From an uncultured cyanobacterium (GTDB lineage: Bacteria > Cyanobacteriota > Cyanobacteriia > Cyanobacteriales > CAWCAG01), in the NCBI GenBank assembly GCA_963803805.1, contig CAWDOD010000002.1:1024001-1088000 (forward strand): DNA of 64,000 nucleotides. Reading direction: 5' to 3'. The notes under the pieces were generated by a model. That model searched no databases. It was not told the origin of the DNA and saw only the letters and a program-made list of their open reading frames with translations. The translations under genes and the position numbers were made by a program. Shown one piece after another: positions 9,465 through 18,978 of this stretch. Position 1 is the stretch's first letter, and each line of letters starts with the position of its first letter.

Positions 9465-10638
9465 GTAACATTGGCGAGATTTGCTCCACTGCCTCAGAGA
9501 GAATTGCGGCTGATGTTGCTATTTCTTGTTCAGTAGTAAACTTTCCTAACCCTATTCTTAGGGAACCTTCAATTAAATCCTCTGCTAAATTCATTGCCCT
9601 GAGAACATGAGACGGGGCTACTAATCCAGAAGAACAAGCTGCACCAGTAGAAATAGCAATTTTGTCGCGAACTCTTGCAATGATAGCACTGTTGGGAATT
9701 TCAGGAATGGAAATATGGAGATTTCCGGCTAAGCGAGAATTAGTATCGCCATTAACAACTAAGTTAGGTATTTTTTCTTTTAACAACTGCTGTAATTTAT
9801 CTCGTAAAGTTGCGATCGCCGCTTCATCATCTTTCATTTCTAAGCCTCTTAACCGACAGGCTTCTCCTAAAGCAACAATACCAGGTACATTAAGAGTTCC
9901 TGCTCTTAAACCTTTTTGATGACCACCACCAAATATAATTGGTTCTAAATGGTTCCCTTTTTTGATAATTAATGCCCCTACTCCTTTCGGTGCATACAAT
10001 TTGTGACCAGAAATTGCTAGATAAGTAATTCCCCACCTTGCAAAATCAAGGGGGATTTTTCCTGCTGCTTGAGAGGCATCACAGAGGAAAGGAATGTTAT
10101 ATTCTTGGGCTATTTCAGCAATTTCTTGAACCGGGTAAATATTACCAATCTCATTATTGGCTGCCATGACGCATAACAGAGATAATCCTCCTTGGCAGGT
10201 TTGTTCAAGATGTTCTAAGTCTAATCTGCCTTGAGAGTCAACCTGGAGGCGAATAGTTTGAGCTAATCCTCTTTTTGCGAGGGCCTCGCAAGTGTCTAAA
10301 ACAGCTTTATGTTCCAGGGGAGACAAAGCAATGCGAGGTTTGTTCTTATCACTAAGACGTTTAAGAATAGTTCCTTGAATAGCTAAGTTAATACTCTCTG
10401 TTGCCCCAGAGGTGAAAACAACTTCTTTTGATGATGCCCCGACTAATTCAGCAACTTGGCAACGTGCCTCAGATACAGCCTTTGCTGCTTCGCCACCGTA
10501 AAGATGATCTATGCTGTTAGCATTACCAAATGCAGTAGTCATATAATATAGCATTCGGTCTGCCACTCTAGAGTCTACCGGAGTTGTAGAGTGATAATCA
10601 AGGTAGATTGGGGAATTTTCAGCAACGGTAGAAGTCAT
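9451..10638 (-). CDS. Cysteine desulfurase (IscS/DndA/SspA-like)
   Basis: YLDYHSTTP, FTSGATES.N, PLP-lysine SGHKLYAPKG, catalytic STGAACSSG; last gene of the island. Confidence 0.93.
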   Translation of the reverse strand: MTSTVAENSPIYLDYHSTTPVDSRVADRMLYYMTTAFGNANSIDHLYGGEAAKAVSEARCQVAELVGASSKEVVFTSGATESINLAIQGTILKRLSDKNKPRIALSPLEHKAVLDTCEALAKRGLAQTIRLQVDSQGRLDLEHLEQTCQGGLSLLCVMAANNEIGNIYPVQEIAEIAQEYNIPFLCDASQAAGKIPLDFARWGITYLAISGHKLYAPKGVGALIIKKGNHLEPIIFGGGHQKGLRAGTLNVPGIVALGEACRLRGLEMKDDEAAIATLRDKLQQLLKEKIPNLVVNGDTNSRLAGNLHISIPEIPNSAIIARVRDKIAISTGAACSSGLVAPSHVLRAMNLAEDLIEGSLRIGLGKFTTEQEIATSAAILSEAVEQISPMLPLHT

Positions 10639-10662
10639 AACTTGATTTATCCTAGCTTTGGA

Positions 10663-11625
10663 TTAGCGTCCTTCAGTTTTGATTCGATAGAAAACTTCTG
10701 AATAATTAGGTACAGATAAAGCATAGCGATTAGGAAGAAAATAGAGTAGCCAACGCATCAAAGTTTGCCAAGCTCTTTCAGCATTAAACTCAGGAATACT
10801 CGCACAAGGAAGTAATCTTAATAAATCTCTTACTGCGCCAAATCTCTGGGGAGTTTCAACCAATACATCTACCTTTTGGACAATGGGTTTCTGAAGTAAA
10901 AGAGTGGCGATATAAGCCTCAAAAACTTCTCTGGATAAAGCAGGAATAAGTGGTAGAGATCGCAAGTCTGTTAAGGCTGCTGTTTTAGAGGCTGTAGATA
11001 ATTTTTCTGTCAGTCCAGAATAAGCCAAATATAAGTCTTCGGGATTACGGAGTGTAGGCAACCAAGCATTAGCTGCTACCAAATTGTCAGTAGGTAAAAC
11101 ATTGTTTAAAATTTCTAATTCGCTATGACCTTTAGTTTTGAGTTTAGGATATTTTTCTACTAACAACTGAACCCTATCATAAACTTGTTCATAAATATTT
11201 TTATCAACCAAAAGGCAGTTTTTTAGTAACTCATTTTCAAAGTTCTTGATAGTTGTTTCTTGAGTTGATACAGTTACTAAAACCTCTAAGTTCGGTTGAT
11301 TTGAAATTCCTAAAGCTTTAGCTGTTAAATTAGCTGAACCCACTAAACATTGCTCATCTGCTCGATAATATTTAGCGTGTAAATCGTTTCTTAGCCATAA
11401 AGAGCCATAACGATAAGATTGAATTATCAACCATACTTCTAAATCACTAACTCCAGTTACAATTTCTTCCGGCAACCAACGAGTAACACATTTGATCGTA
11501 ATTTCTGGCTTGATGTCATTGAGAATATTTTTTAAGACCGGAGCTTTGATAAAAGGAGCAGCAAGAACAATTTCTGTTTGGGCAGTTTCGCATAGTTTTT
11601 TGATTTCTAGTCCTATTGAATTCAT
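10663..11625 (-). CDS. Phospholipase D-family (single HKD) nuclease-like protein with unknown C-terminal domain
   Basis: LAAPFIK and LHAKYYRAD...VGSANLT (HxK-x4-D-x5-GSxN). Confidence 0.8.
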   Translation of the reverse strand: MNSIGLEIKKLCETAQTEIVLAAPFIKAPVLKNILNDIKPEITIKCVTRWLPEEIVTGVSDLEVWLIIQSYRYGSLWLRNDLHAKYYRADEQCLVGSANLTAKALGISNQPNLEVLVTVSTQETTIKNFENELLKNCLLVDKNIYEQVYDRVQLLVEKYPKLKTKGHSELEILNNVLPTDNLVAANAWLPTLRNPEDLYLAYSGLTEKLSTASKTAALTDLRSLPLIPALSREVFEAYIATLLLQKPIVQKVDVLVETPQRFGAVRDLLRLLPCASIPEFNAERAWQTLMRWLLYFLPNRYALSVPNYSEVFYRIKTEGR

Positions 11626-11683
11626 TGGCTTATTTCAGGTAATTTTGAGTATTTTACAATCAATAATCAAAAATAGGAGCTAA

Positions 11684-13507
11684 CTATTCATTATCTAAAA
11701 ATCTCCTCGCAATTCTCCCCCAATCTATCCGAGCATCTTGAGCATCATTTTTACGCTTATTATCTGGTTGTTCATCTTCATATCTAGCCCATGCCATTAA
11801 TAATAATTTTAAGCCATCTAAAGAGTTAATTAAGCGAGAACGTAAAGTATCTATATCGCCTTTTTCTACATCTTCTTCCAAAATTTCAACTAAGTTTTTA
11901 TAAGCAGGGTGATCAGTATTTAAAGTAACGATGATTGCTCCTCCTCTAGGTTTAACGGAGAAGAAAGCCGGACTATCAAGAGGAGCCGCAGCAAAGCTAT
12001 ATTTCAAGCCATTTTCTACTATTGTCGCTGCCAATAATTCCGCTTCTTTCTCAGTAACTCCTTCTTCCTTTAAAGTTTGTTGAATTACCTGTTTTCGCTC
12101 TTCTTTCGGTAGTTCTTCATCTTGATCGCTTTTACCTTTGTAGCCTTGTGATTTGCGTTCTCTAGTAACACTGGTAGCTGTTTTGATAGGCTTGTAAGGG
12201 TCATGACGTTTCTCGCTGGTACGAGTACCTTGAGTTTGTGCTTTGAGTAAGCGGCGAATAATGCTTAGTTGACTATTAATTTTATGAGCAAGTTCTAACA
12301 GGGGAAGTTTAGGATCTTCATCTTGGAGCAAGTCTCCTTTAAGTTGAGCAACTGTTTTTCCTTCCTCTAATAAAGATTCAATATCCAGTTGTAAAATTTC
12401 TGCAAAATTACGGGCTGATTGCTTGTTATTCGTCACTCCAAAAATATCATCGAGTGATGGAGGAAACTCAATTTCAATTCCCCACCATCGTTCTGTAGGA
12501 TCATAATTATTAACTAAGTTTTGGTCTAATTCTAATTCTCTTCCGGCACGGACAACAGAAACTCCAATGTTTTTAGAAGCGTGTTGTCCATGAGGCATAC
12601 TTCCAGGATTTTTCCCTGATTCTACTTGACGTGCTTCTTCTTTAGCGTAAGAGAAACGAACTTTTACATCATGTTCTTTCTCTTTAAATTTAATAGTAAA
12701 AGTTGCTTCGTAAGATGTCTCGCCCTGCCAAGGTTGAAACATGGCTTGATTATTAAAAGGTGCAGGGCAAGAGGTATTTTGGATTAAATAACCGGGATCA
12801 TTAGGAAGAGCATTTTTTTCATTAATGACACTGTATAACGCCTCTACATCAAATGTCACCATGCGAATTTTGACCTCATCGCTATTCAGGAATTTGCGGT
12901 ACATTCTACCAATCACAAATTCAGAATTATCAATTATTGCTTTTCCAGTTCGCCAAATGCAACGGTCTATTTTTGACCAAATTACTAATGTGCCGCTATC
13001 ACCAAAATTCTGACTTACTCTTGTCCAAATAGTCGGAATTTGTTTAGTAATAGGTTCAGGAACTTCAGTCATCCGACGACTTTTAATTTCATCTAAGTCA
13101 AGGTAAGTATAAAGAGCCTTTTCTATTCCACTTTGCCATGACCACACATCTACTCTTTGACATTGGGAAATAGAAGAAGATGGTAAACCCATACCAAAAC
13201 GTCCTATTCCAGTATGTTTATTTTCATCTAAATAAGTACCATTGCCGAATTGCAACGCTAGACGCAAAACATCAGCATTCATTCCGCTACCGTTATCTAA
13301 AACTGCTATTTGATGAATGCGAGATCGCCTTTGTTGTCCTACTTGCTGTTTCTTCTCACCGCATAAAAGTTCAACTTGAGCAGCACCTGCTTGAATGGCA
13401 TTATCCATTAATTCGGCGATCGCATAAGCCGCATTTTTATAGCCGTTATCTCGCATGGCTTGAACTGCAAGATGAGCCGGAACGATATCATGGGGGTTGG
13501 TAGTCAT
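11684..13507 (-). CDS. GHKL/MORC-type ATPase (HATPase_c_3-like)
   Basis: GHKL motifs AELMDNAIQA, DNGSGM, GIGRFGMG, GTLV. The ATG at 13507 overlaps the helicase stop (ATGA). Confidence 0.85.
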   Translation of the reverse strand: MTTNPHDIVPAHLAVQAMRDNGYKNAAYAIAELMDNAIQAGAAQVELLCGEKKQQVGQQRRSRIHQIAVLDNGSGMNADVLRLALQFGNGTYLDENKHTGIGRFGMGLPSSSISQCQRVDVWSWQSGIEKALYTYLDLDEIKSRRMTEVPEPITKQIPTIWTRVSQNFGDSGTLVIWSKIDRCIWRTGKAIIDNSEFVIGRMYRKFLNSDEVKIRMVTFDVEALYSVINEKNALPNDPGYLIQNTSCPAPFNNQAMFQPWQGETSYEATFTIKFKEKEHDVKVRFSYAKEEARQVESGKNPGSMPHGQHASKNIGVSVVRAGRELELDQNLVNNYDPTERWWGIEIEFPPSLDDIFGVTNNKQSARNFAEILQLDIESLLEEGKTVAQLKGDLLQDEDPKLPLLELAHKINSQLSIIRRLLKAQTQGTRTSEKRHDPYKPIKTATSVTRERKSQGYKGKSDQDEELPKEERKQVIQQTLKEEGVTEKEAELLAATIVENGLKYSFAAAPLDSPAFFSVKPRGGAIIVTLNTDHPAYKNLVEILEEDVEKGDIDTLRSRLINSLDGLKLLLMAWARYEDEQPDNKRKNDAQDARIDWGRIARRFLDNE

Positions 13508-15141
13508 GGGTTTTTCCTCCAAACGTCTTCCCAATTGTGAAAAGCTGATGCTACTGAAGCAAAACCAGGGAGTTGATTGTCAACAACGGTAACAATTTCA
13601 GCAGTAGCATTTCCCCCAGCTTTAACTCCTCGAATAGCTCTTCCTACCATTTGGCTGTATAGTACGAGGGATTTAGTGGGGCGGGCAATAACTGCTGCAC
13701 TGATTTTTGGGGCATCGAATCCAGTGGTTAAAACGCCGTAGTTACATAAAACCTTGGTTTGAGAGCAATCACTTTTAAAGCTTTGAATCAGCCGTTCCCT
13801 TTCTGGTTTTGGAGTATCCCCGGTAATCGCCTCAGCATTCAAGCCCCTTAAACGCAAAATTGAGGCAATGAGTTGAGTATGGGCAACGGAAGTATTAAAA
13901 ACGATGATACGTTGATGATGATGGGCAAGTTTTTCTAGTTCGAGGATGATGCAGAGGTTTCGTTGTTCATCATCTGCTAGACGATTAAGAATAGATTGGG
14001 GAATGTCTAATTCGGTGTTAATCCGATTTAAGTCTTGGCTACTTAGTTCAATACCTGTTTCATAAAATAAGGAACGATAGTTAGCTTTAGCAAGGTATTG
14101 TTGATCAACTAAATAATCAATGGGGTTGTCATAACCTTCAATTTCTAAGGTAACTTTCTGTTGAGCGAAAAATTTAGCTAGTTGGGCATCGGTGTCAATA
14201 TCTGCCCAGGTGCGTCCTGGTGTGGCGGTTAATCCTAACAAAGCAGTATTTTCGTAGGGAACTACTAATGTATCTAATACCAGTTTATAAGTTTGGGCGA
14301 TCGCTTGATGAGCCTCGTCTATGATTACCAACGAACAACCTACACCTAATTGATTTATGAAGCGAATACTTTTTTTGGCAGCATTATAAACTTTCGCTAA
14401 TCCTGCTACTACTAAGCCATCTTGAGCCTGTTCTAAGTTTAAATCATGGCTACCCCAAAAGCGATAAGTTGAGATGGGGCGATTACCTAAATAATTCCAG
14501 GCTTTTTGAAATTCTGTAACGGCTTGTTCACAAAGTTCTTCGCTGTATGCTAACCAAATAACTAAAGTTGGTTCATTGTTTCTGAGGTGAGTTGCAATAA
14601 TATTCATTGCTGTGCGGGTTTTTCCTGCACCTGTAGGCATATGTAGTAAAACTCGCCGAGGTTCTTGTTGCAGATATTGTTCAACTTTTTTAGCTGCATG
14701 GCGTTGGTGAGTAAATAAAGAGTATTTAGGAGTATTTTCAATAGTTGAAGGAGTTTCAATTGTCTTTTTCTTTCTGGAAGGAAGGGGAGATTCAAAGAAG
14801 TTGAAAAGACATTTTCTAACTTCGTAATTGCCGCCAATTCTAATCTTTTTTAATGCTTGATAAGGGTCTCTATGTTCCGGTGCTTCTAATACAATAGTAA
14901 GGATTTTTGCTTGTTCTGGGGTGATTAAGTCAAATATTAAATTGCGTTTTTCTTTAGATAGTAATAGTTCTTCTGGTTTGTGGAGGCTTAAGAGAATTTC
15001 TCTGAGTTTACTAGGATGAATTAATTTAGGTTCCAAGAGTTTGAGCAATTGAAAGGTGGCACTACCTAATAATTGTTGTAGTGTTTTTTCATCTGCTTTT
15101 GATAGTAAGTCTTTGAAGTTCAAACTTAAAAATAATCCCAA
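13504..15141 (-). CDS. Superfamily 2 DEAH-box helicase (ResIII-like)
   Basis: LLHMPTGAGKT, IIDEAH, GLTATPGR, LTTGFDAP, QMVGRAIRG. Confidence 0.92.
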   Translation of the reverse strand: MGLFLSLNFKDLLSKADEKTLQQLLGSATFQLLKLLEPKLIHPSKLREILLSLHKPEELLLSKEKRNLIFDLITPEQAKILTIVLEAPEHRDPYQALKKIRIGGNYEVRKCLFNFFESPLPSRKKKTIETPSTIENTPKYSLFTHQRHAAKKVEQYLQQEPRRVLLHMPTGAGKTRTAMNIIATHLRNNEPTLVIWLAYSEELCEQAVTEFQKAWNYLGNRPISTYRFWGSHDLNLEQAQDGLVVAGLAKVYNAAKKSIRFINQLGVGCSLVIIDEAHQAIAQTYKLVLDTLVVPYENTALLGLTATPGRTWADIDTDAQLAKFFAQQKVTLEIEGYDNPIDYLVDQQYLAKANYRSLFYETGIELSSQDLNRINTELDIPQSILNRLADDEQRNLCIILELEKLAHHHQRIIVFNTSVAHTQLIASILRLRGLNAEAITGDTPKPERERLIQSFKSDCSQTKVLCNYGVLTTGFDAPKISAAVIARPTKSLVLYSQMVGRAIRGVKAGGNATAEIVTVVDNQLPGFASVASAFHNWEDVWRKNP

Positions 15142-15192
15142 TTAACCATGAATTAATGAACCTGGATTTCAAATTTATTGTATAAAGTGCCT

Positions 15193-16803
15193 CTAACCAG
15201 AGAGAAACTCTAGAATTTCAGCTATTGCTACATTTTGAATTCTTCTTGCTTTAACTTCTCCGATTCCAGAAATTTTGTTAATAATTTCCTGCTCAGGAAC
15301 ATTTAAAACATCTTTTATTAAGTTGAACCCGTTTTCTGTGAGTTTTCTTTTTTGCCAATCTGTTAAACTCAAATCATTAATGGACTTTTGAAGTAAACCA
15401 TTAATAATTTCTTGTATTTTTGAATCGGATTCTAAACTTATTGGATTTGGTAGATTGAGAAAAGCATTGTTATTACGACTATATTCAGTAAATAAATAAT
15501 TATCTAAGTAATCAATTATTTGATTAACAAATTCTTTGGATTTTTCAAGAGCTAAAATACATCCTAACTTGATCTCGTAGCGTGTGCCTATGTTAGATGC
15601 AGTTGCTTTTATTCTTTCTCCGTTTTTTCTGACAATGCCTGTGTATTCTAAAAGTCTTAAAGACTCTTTGACAACTTCAGGCACATCTCTATGAATCCAG
15701 AAATAACAGGTTGATTTTTTATCACTTCTTCTGCGATCGTTCTTGTTCCGAGTTTCAGGAATTACTTTTTCTTCGATAAAGTTTCTTCCCCAATCGACAA
15801 TTTCTCTATGTCCTGTGTATCTTTCACCTAAAGCTGAATGTTCCGACCAAATTTCTGCAATATAAAAGTCCTTAATGAATTTTGATATTGTCTCCCATTT
15901 CAAATTGCTACATTTTTCTAATGCTCTTAATAATATTCTAGGATTTCCACTAGCAGAATAAGCAAGAATTTTAAAATTGCCTTTTTGCTCTTCTATTTTT
16001 TTTATTTTTTCTTGACTCGCTTGTTTATAAACAATCTCCTGCATTATATCTAAATAATCATTGTCTTTATTATTTCTCTCAAGACTTATTAAATCTGCAT
16101 CATGAGATATCTCAAATGAATCACCGAACGAAGTTACCCCAGGATAAACTGCTGCATTGCAATCTATATAAGGGGTTCTGAGTTTTCTAAAGAGAGAAAA
16201 AAACTCTCTTTGTTGTTGTGGTCTAAACATATGAATAGCTTCATCAAAAAGAAAGCATATTCTTTGAATTTTATAAAATTTACATATTTCTTCAATGATT
16301 GACAAAAAGTCTTCAGTTTCAGGGATATCAGAGATTACAGAACTATCAATCTCTTTATCTGAGTTTCGATAAGATTTTTCATATTTTTGCATTATATTGT
16401 TGAATTTCAACTCAAGAGATTCAGTACTTAGATTACTACCAAAGAGTAATTTTGTAGTGGGGACATTTTCTACTAGTAGCCCTTTATATGCAAGCTGCCG
16501 GTAAAGTTCTTTGCAAATTTTAGCCATCATCCAATTCGTAAATTGATCTGGATCATTTGTTTGGATAAGTGTAGTCCTTGATAAACTTAGATATATAGGT
16601 AAAACTTTTTCTGTACTATAATTTTCATTTAACTCTATTTGGCACATTTTTAACAAAAAAGTTTTACCAGTTCCTCTGCTACCTTCCAGAACAGTAGGAT
16701 TTTGTGATTTCAAAGCATGAATAATTTTTTTTTCTAAATCAGTCGAGACAAAAATTCGCTTTATTTCTTCATCTCTAATACTTTCAGTTCTAAGATACAA
16801 CAT
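15193..16803 (-). CDS. P-loop ATPase (ORC/CDC6- or STAND-like) with C-terminal helix-hairpin-helix-like domain
   Basis: Walker A EGSRGTGKT, Walker B FLFDEA, SASGNPR; C-terminal KISGIGEVKARRI HhH-like motif. Confidence 0.75.
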   Translation of the reverse strand: MLYLRTESIRDEEIKRIFVSTDLEKKIIHALKSQNPTVLEGSRGTGKTFLLKMCQIELNENYSTEKVLPIYLSLSRTTLIQTNDPDQFTNWMMAKICKELYRQLAYKGLLVENVPTTKLLFGSNLSTESLELKFNNIMQKYEKSYRNSDKEIDSSVISDIPETEDFLSIIEEICKFYKIQRICFLFDEAIHMFRPQQQREFFSLFRKLRTPYIDCNAAVYPGVTSFGDSFEISHDADLISLERNNKDNDYLDIMQEIVYKQASQEKIKKIEEQKGNFKILAYSASGNPRILLRALEKCSNLKWETISKFIKDFYIAEIWSEHSALGERYTGHREIVDWGRNFIEEKVIPETRNKNDRRRSDKKSTCYFWIHRDVPEVVKESLRLLEYTGIVRKNGERIKATASNIGTRYEIKLGCILALEKSKEFVNQIIDYLDNYLFTEYSRNNNAFLNLPNPISLESDSKIQEIINGLLQKSINDLSLTDWQKRKLTENGFNLIKDVLNVPEQEIINKISGIGEVKARRIQNVAIAEILEFLSG

Positions 16804-16822
16804 GTATTTATATACTCATAAA

Positions 16823-17542
16823 CTATAAAGGTCTTCCTAGTACAACTCTAGTGACTTTTAGATCATCAATATTATTAATTAAACATTCTTCTACCTCTCT
16901 GAGATTCTCTGGAGACAAATCTTGAGAAAATCTAATTACCAGTGAATAAAGTATTATTCTCGAAGTGTTATCACACAACTGTTTCCATGAATTAAATTCA
17001 TCTTGGTTGAATTTTATATGGGATTGATGAGTTTCCCAAGTATAATTACCTCCATGAATATACCCTGACAACTTACGATACGTATCCCTAGCTAATTTGG
17101 CTATAGTTTCATTTTCTTTTTTGCCTTTTTCATCAGGTTCTAAATCTGAGAATGCTCTTAACCAAGTGTCAGAAAAGATACCAATATCTTGGTCTATTAT
17201 CCTTTTCCAGGATATGTCTGCTAAACCTTGTTTCCATTTACGGAAATAAAACTCATCCGAGGAAAACAATATTCCAGATAAAGCCAATTCTAATACTAAC
17301 CTTAGTGAAGCAAATGCTTGTCTATAAAGTCCAGATGATGCTAAAAAAGCTGAGAATTGTAGCTCATACGCTACATTCTCTAAAACTTTCATTCCATTTC
17401 TTTGTGTTTCTAAAATGTTAGACCAGGTTAACAAATCACTTGACAGAACATGATATTTACCTAAGTCTACTTGAGTATGTGAGTCATTAATAATTGAGTT
17501 CAAGTTTTTACAAATTTCAAGATGATAATTTTTTAAATCCAT
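16823..17542 (-). CDS. Hypothetical helical protein, possible HEPN-like RNase
   Basis: YRQAFASLRLVLE helix and YRKLSGYIH (Rx6H) motif; 239 aa; 19 bp upstream of the ATPase. Confidence 0.5.
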   Translation of the reverse strand: MDLKNYHLEICKNLNSIINDSHTQVDLGKYHVLSSDLLTWSNILETQRNGMKVLENVAYELQFSAFLASSGLYRQAFASLRLVLELALSGILFSSDEFYFRKWKQGLADISWKRIIDQDIGIFSDTWLRAFSDLEPDEKGKKENETIAKLARDTYRKLSGYIHGGNYTWETHQSHIKFNQDEFNSWKQLCDNTSRIILYSLVIRFSQDLSPENLREVEECLINNIDDLKVTRVVLGRPL

Positions 17543-17689
17543 AAATTATTTTAAACTAGACAAAAGAACTACCAAGATGTGTTTTACTTCAGGTTTATAG
17601 CTTTGAAATTCAACTTTTATTGAGTATCTGTAACACCCTTCTCTAATTGCTTCAAAATTACTACAACTTGATAAGCCTTATTCGGTAAA

Positions 17690-17840
17690 GGTAAGAGGCA
17701 AAAGAGGCGAGAAGTATTGTATTATGGTATTCCCTAGGAAATTAGCTTGAGAAAAAAGAACTCTCTCATTAGTTACCATAGTAAAGATAGGCCTTTCAGT
17801 ATCAGAGTTAGCCATTATCTAAGCTAAACTTGGCAGCCAT
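17690..17840 (-). pseudogene. Relic of a small cyanobacterial HsdR_N-like restriction-endonuclease-fold gene
   Basis: Minus strand reads IMANSDTERPIFTMVTN-(frameshift)-REFFFLKLIS*GIP*YNTSRLF, resembling the recalled family C-terminus MANP..ERP.FG.VTNG.EF.FLKL...G.PQY..SRLF. Confidence 0.5.
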
Positions 17841-17914
17841 TCAGAAAAAGAAATTAGCATCAGCAGTGCAAACCAAATGAAATTACCACTTTGAACATTT
17901 CAATTAGAAAGAAC

Positions 17915-18715
17915 TTACAAATGGCAAGCTAAACAAGGCAACTCCTCATCTTCTTCATCTAAAACCGACTCCAAAGCTTCAGATAAAGGCCGGTTAGGAG
18001 CAGCTTTTTTGTTCCTGCTCATTGCCTTTTCATGATTAGCAATAATCTCATCTTTGCGCTCCAAAAGTTGTAATAAAGTCTCTCCTTCTGTCCAAGTATA
18101 AGTTCTACCATCTTCATGATTTTGTTCATACTCAATAGCCTTAGCAAACAAATCTGGATGTTCTTGGGCTAGCATCACCCACTCATATTTACGCTGAAAA
18201 AAGCAAAAGAAACAGCCAGATCGGCTACGCCAGCGATAATAGTCTGGTAAGCCAATACCACTATCTTCTAAGATGTTAATAATATCTGCTTTAACCAATC
18301 CTCTTTCCTTAAAAGGAAACACAGGTTTAATATTCGGCTTAGTGGATAAATACCCTTCACGATTTTCATCGGCGCGAATGCCGACATAACTAATTGCTTG
18401 ATCATTGCCGACAAAATCTTCAAAAGGTTTGATTTTCATCTTCACCGTACACCAACGCATTTGAGGTGAAGGTAATAACCCATCATGGATCGTTAACCAA
18501 TGATCAAAACCCCTTTTTGCACTTAAATAGTGGATTTTAATACCTAAGCGGGCTTTAATACGCTCTAAGTATTCGTAAGTTTCTGGTAATTCCTTGTGGG
18601 TGTCACAAAAGAAATATTCCATCTCAGGGATTTCTCTATGTAACAAAATTGCTAAAGCTGTTGAATCTTTGCCCCCAGATAAACCCAGAATATGTCTAAC
18701 TTTTTTTGACAACAT
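17915..18715 (-). CDS. PAPS-reductase-family protein (SspD/DndC-like)
   Basis: PP-loop SGGKDS, RWCT, GIRADE, RSGCFFCFFQ, C-terminal CLACHL. Confidence 0.88.
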   Translation of the reverse strand: MLSKKVRHILGLSGGKDSTALAILLHREIPEMEYFFCDTHKELPETYEYLERIKARLGIKIHYLSAKRGFDHWLTIHDGLLPSPQMRWCTVKMKIKPFEDFVGNDQAISYVGIRADENREGYLSTKPNIKPVFPFKERGLVKADIINILEDSGIGLPDYYRWRSRSGCFFCFFQRKYEWVMLAQEHPDLFAKAIEYEQNHEDGRTYTWTEGETLLQLLERKDEIIANHEKAMSRNKKAAPNRPLSEALESVLDEEDEELPCLACHL

Positions 18716-18799
18716 TGCGGTTGATTTTTATTTCAGAGCTATTACTTATTTTAAAGGTTATTTGCTTGTTTTTTCCTCAATTTTCTTTATTAATGATAT

Positions 18800-18963
18800 T
18801 TTGTATAATAGAAGAACTTAAGGAAGACTATACTATTTATGAGATAGCAGATGAGATTCTACCAATTTTAGATAAATTAGAAAAAGATGATCCAGATAAG
18901 GAGATTCGTACCAAAGTATCTCAGCTTTTAGAAATAATAGAACCTGATGAATGCTGGCATGAC
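18800..18963 (+). pseudogene. Antisense gene fragment, HEAT-repeat-like C-terminus
   Basis: ILPILDKLEKDDPDKEIRTKVSQLL resembles a HEAT repeat; no credible start; lies opposite to the operon. Confidence 0.35.
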
Positions 18964-18978
18964 TAAAGATTTATAAAC

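Noticed and set aside
13508-13534. Longer TTG start for the GHKL ATPase
   Set aside because: The ATG at 13507 gives an ATGA overlap with the helicase stop and is more plausible.
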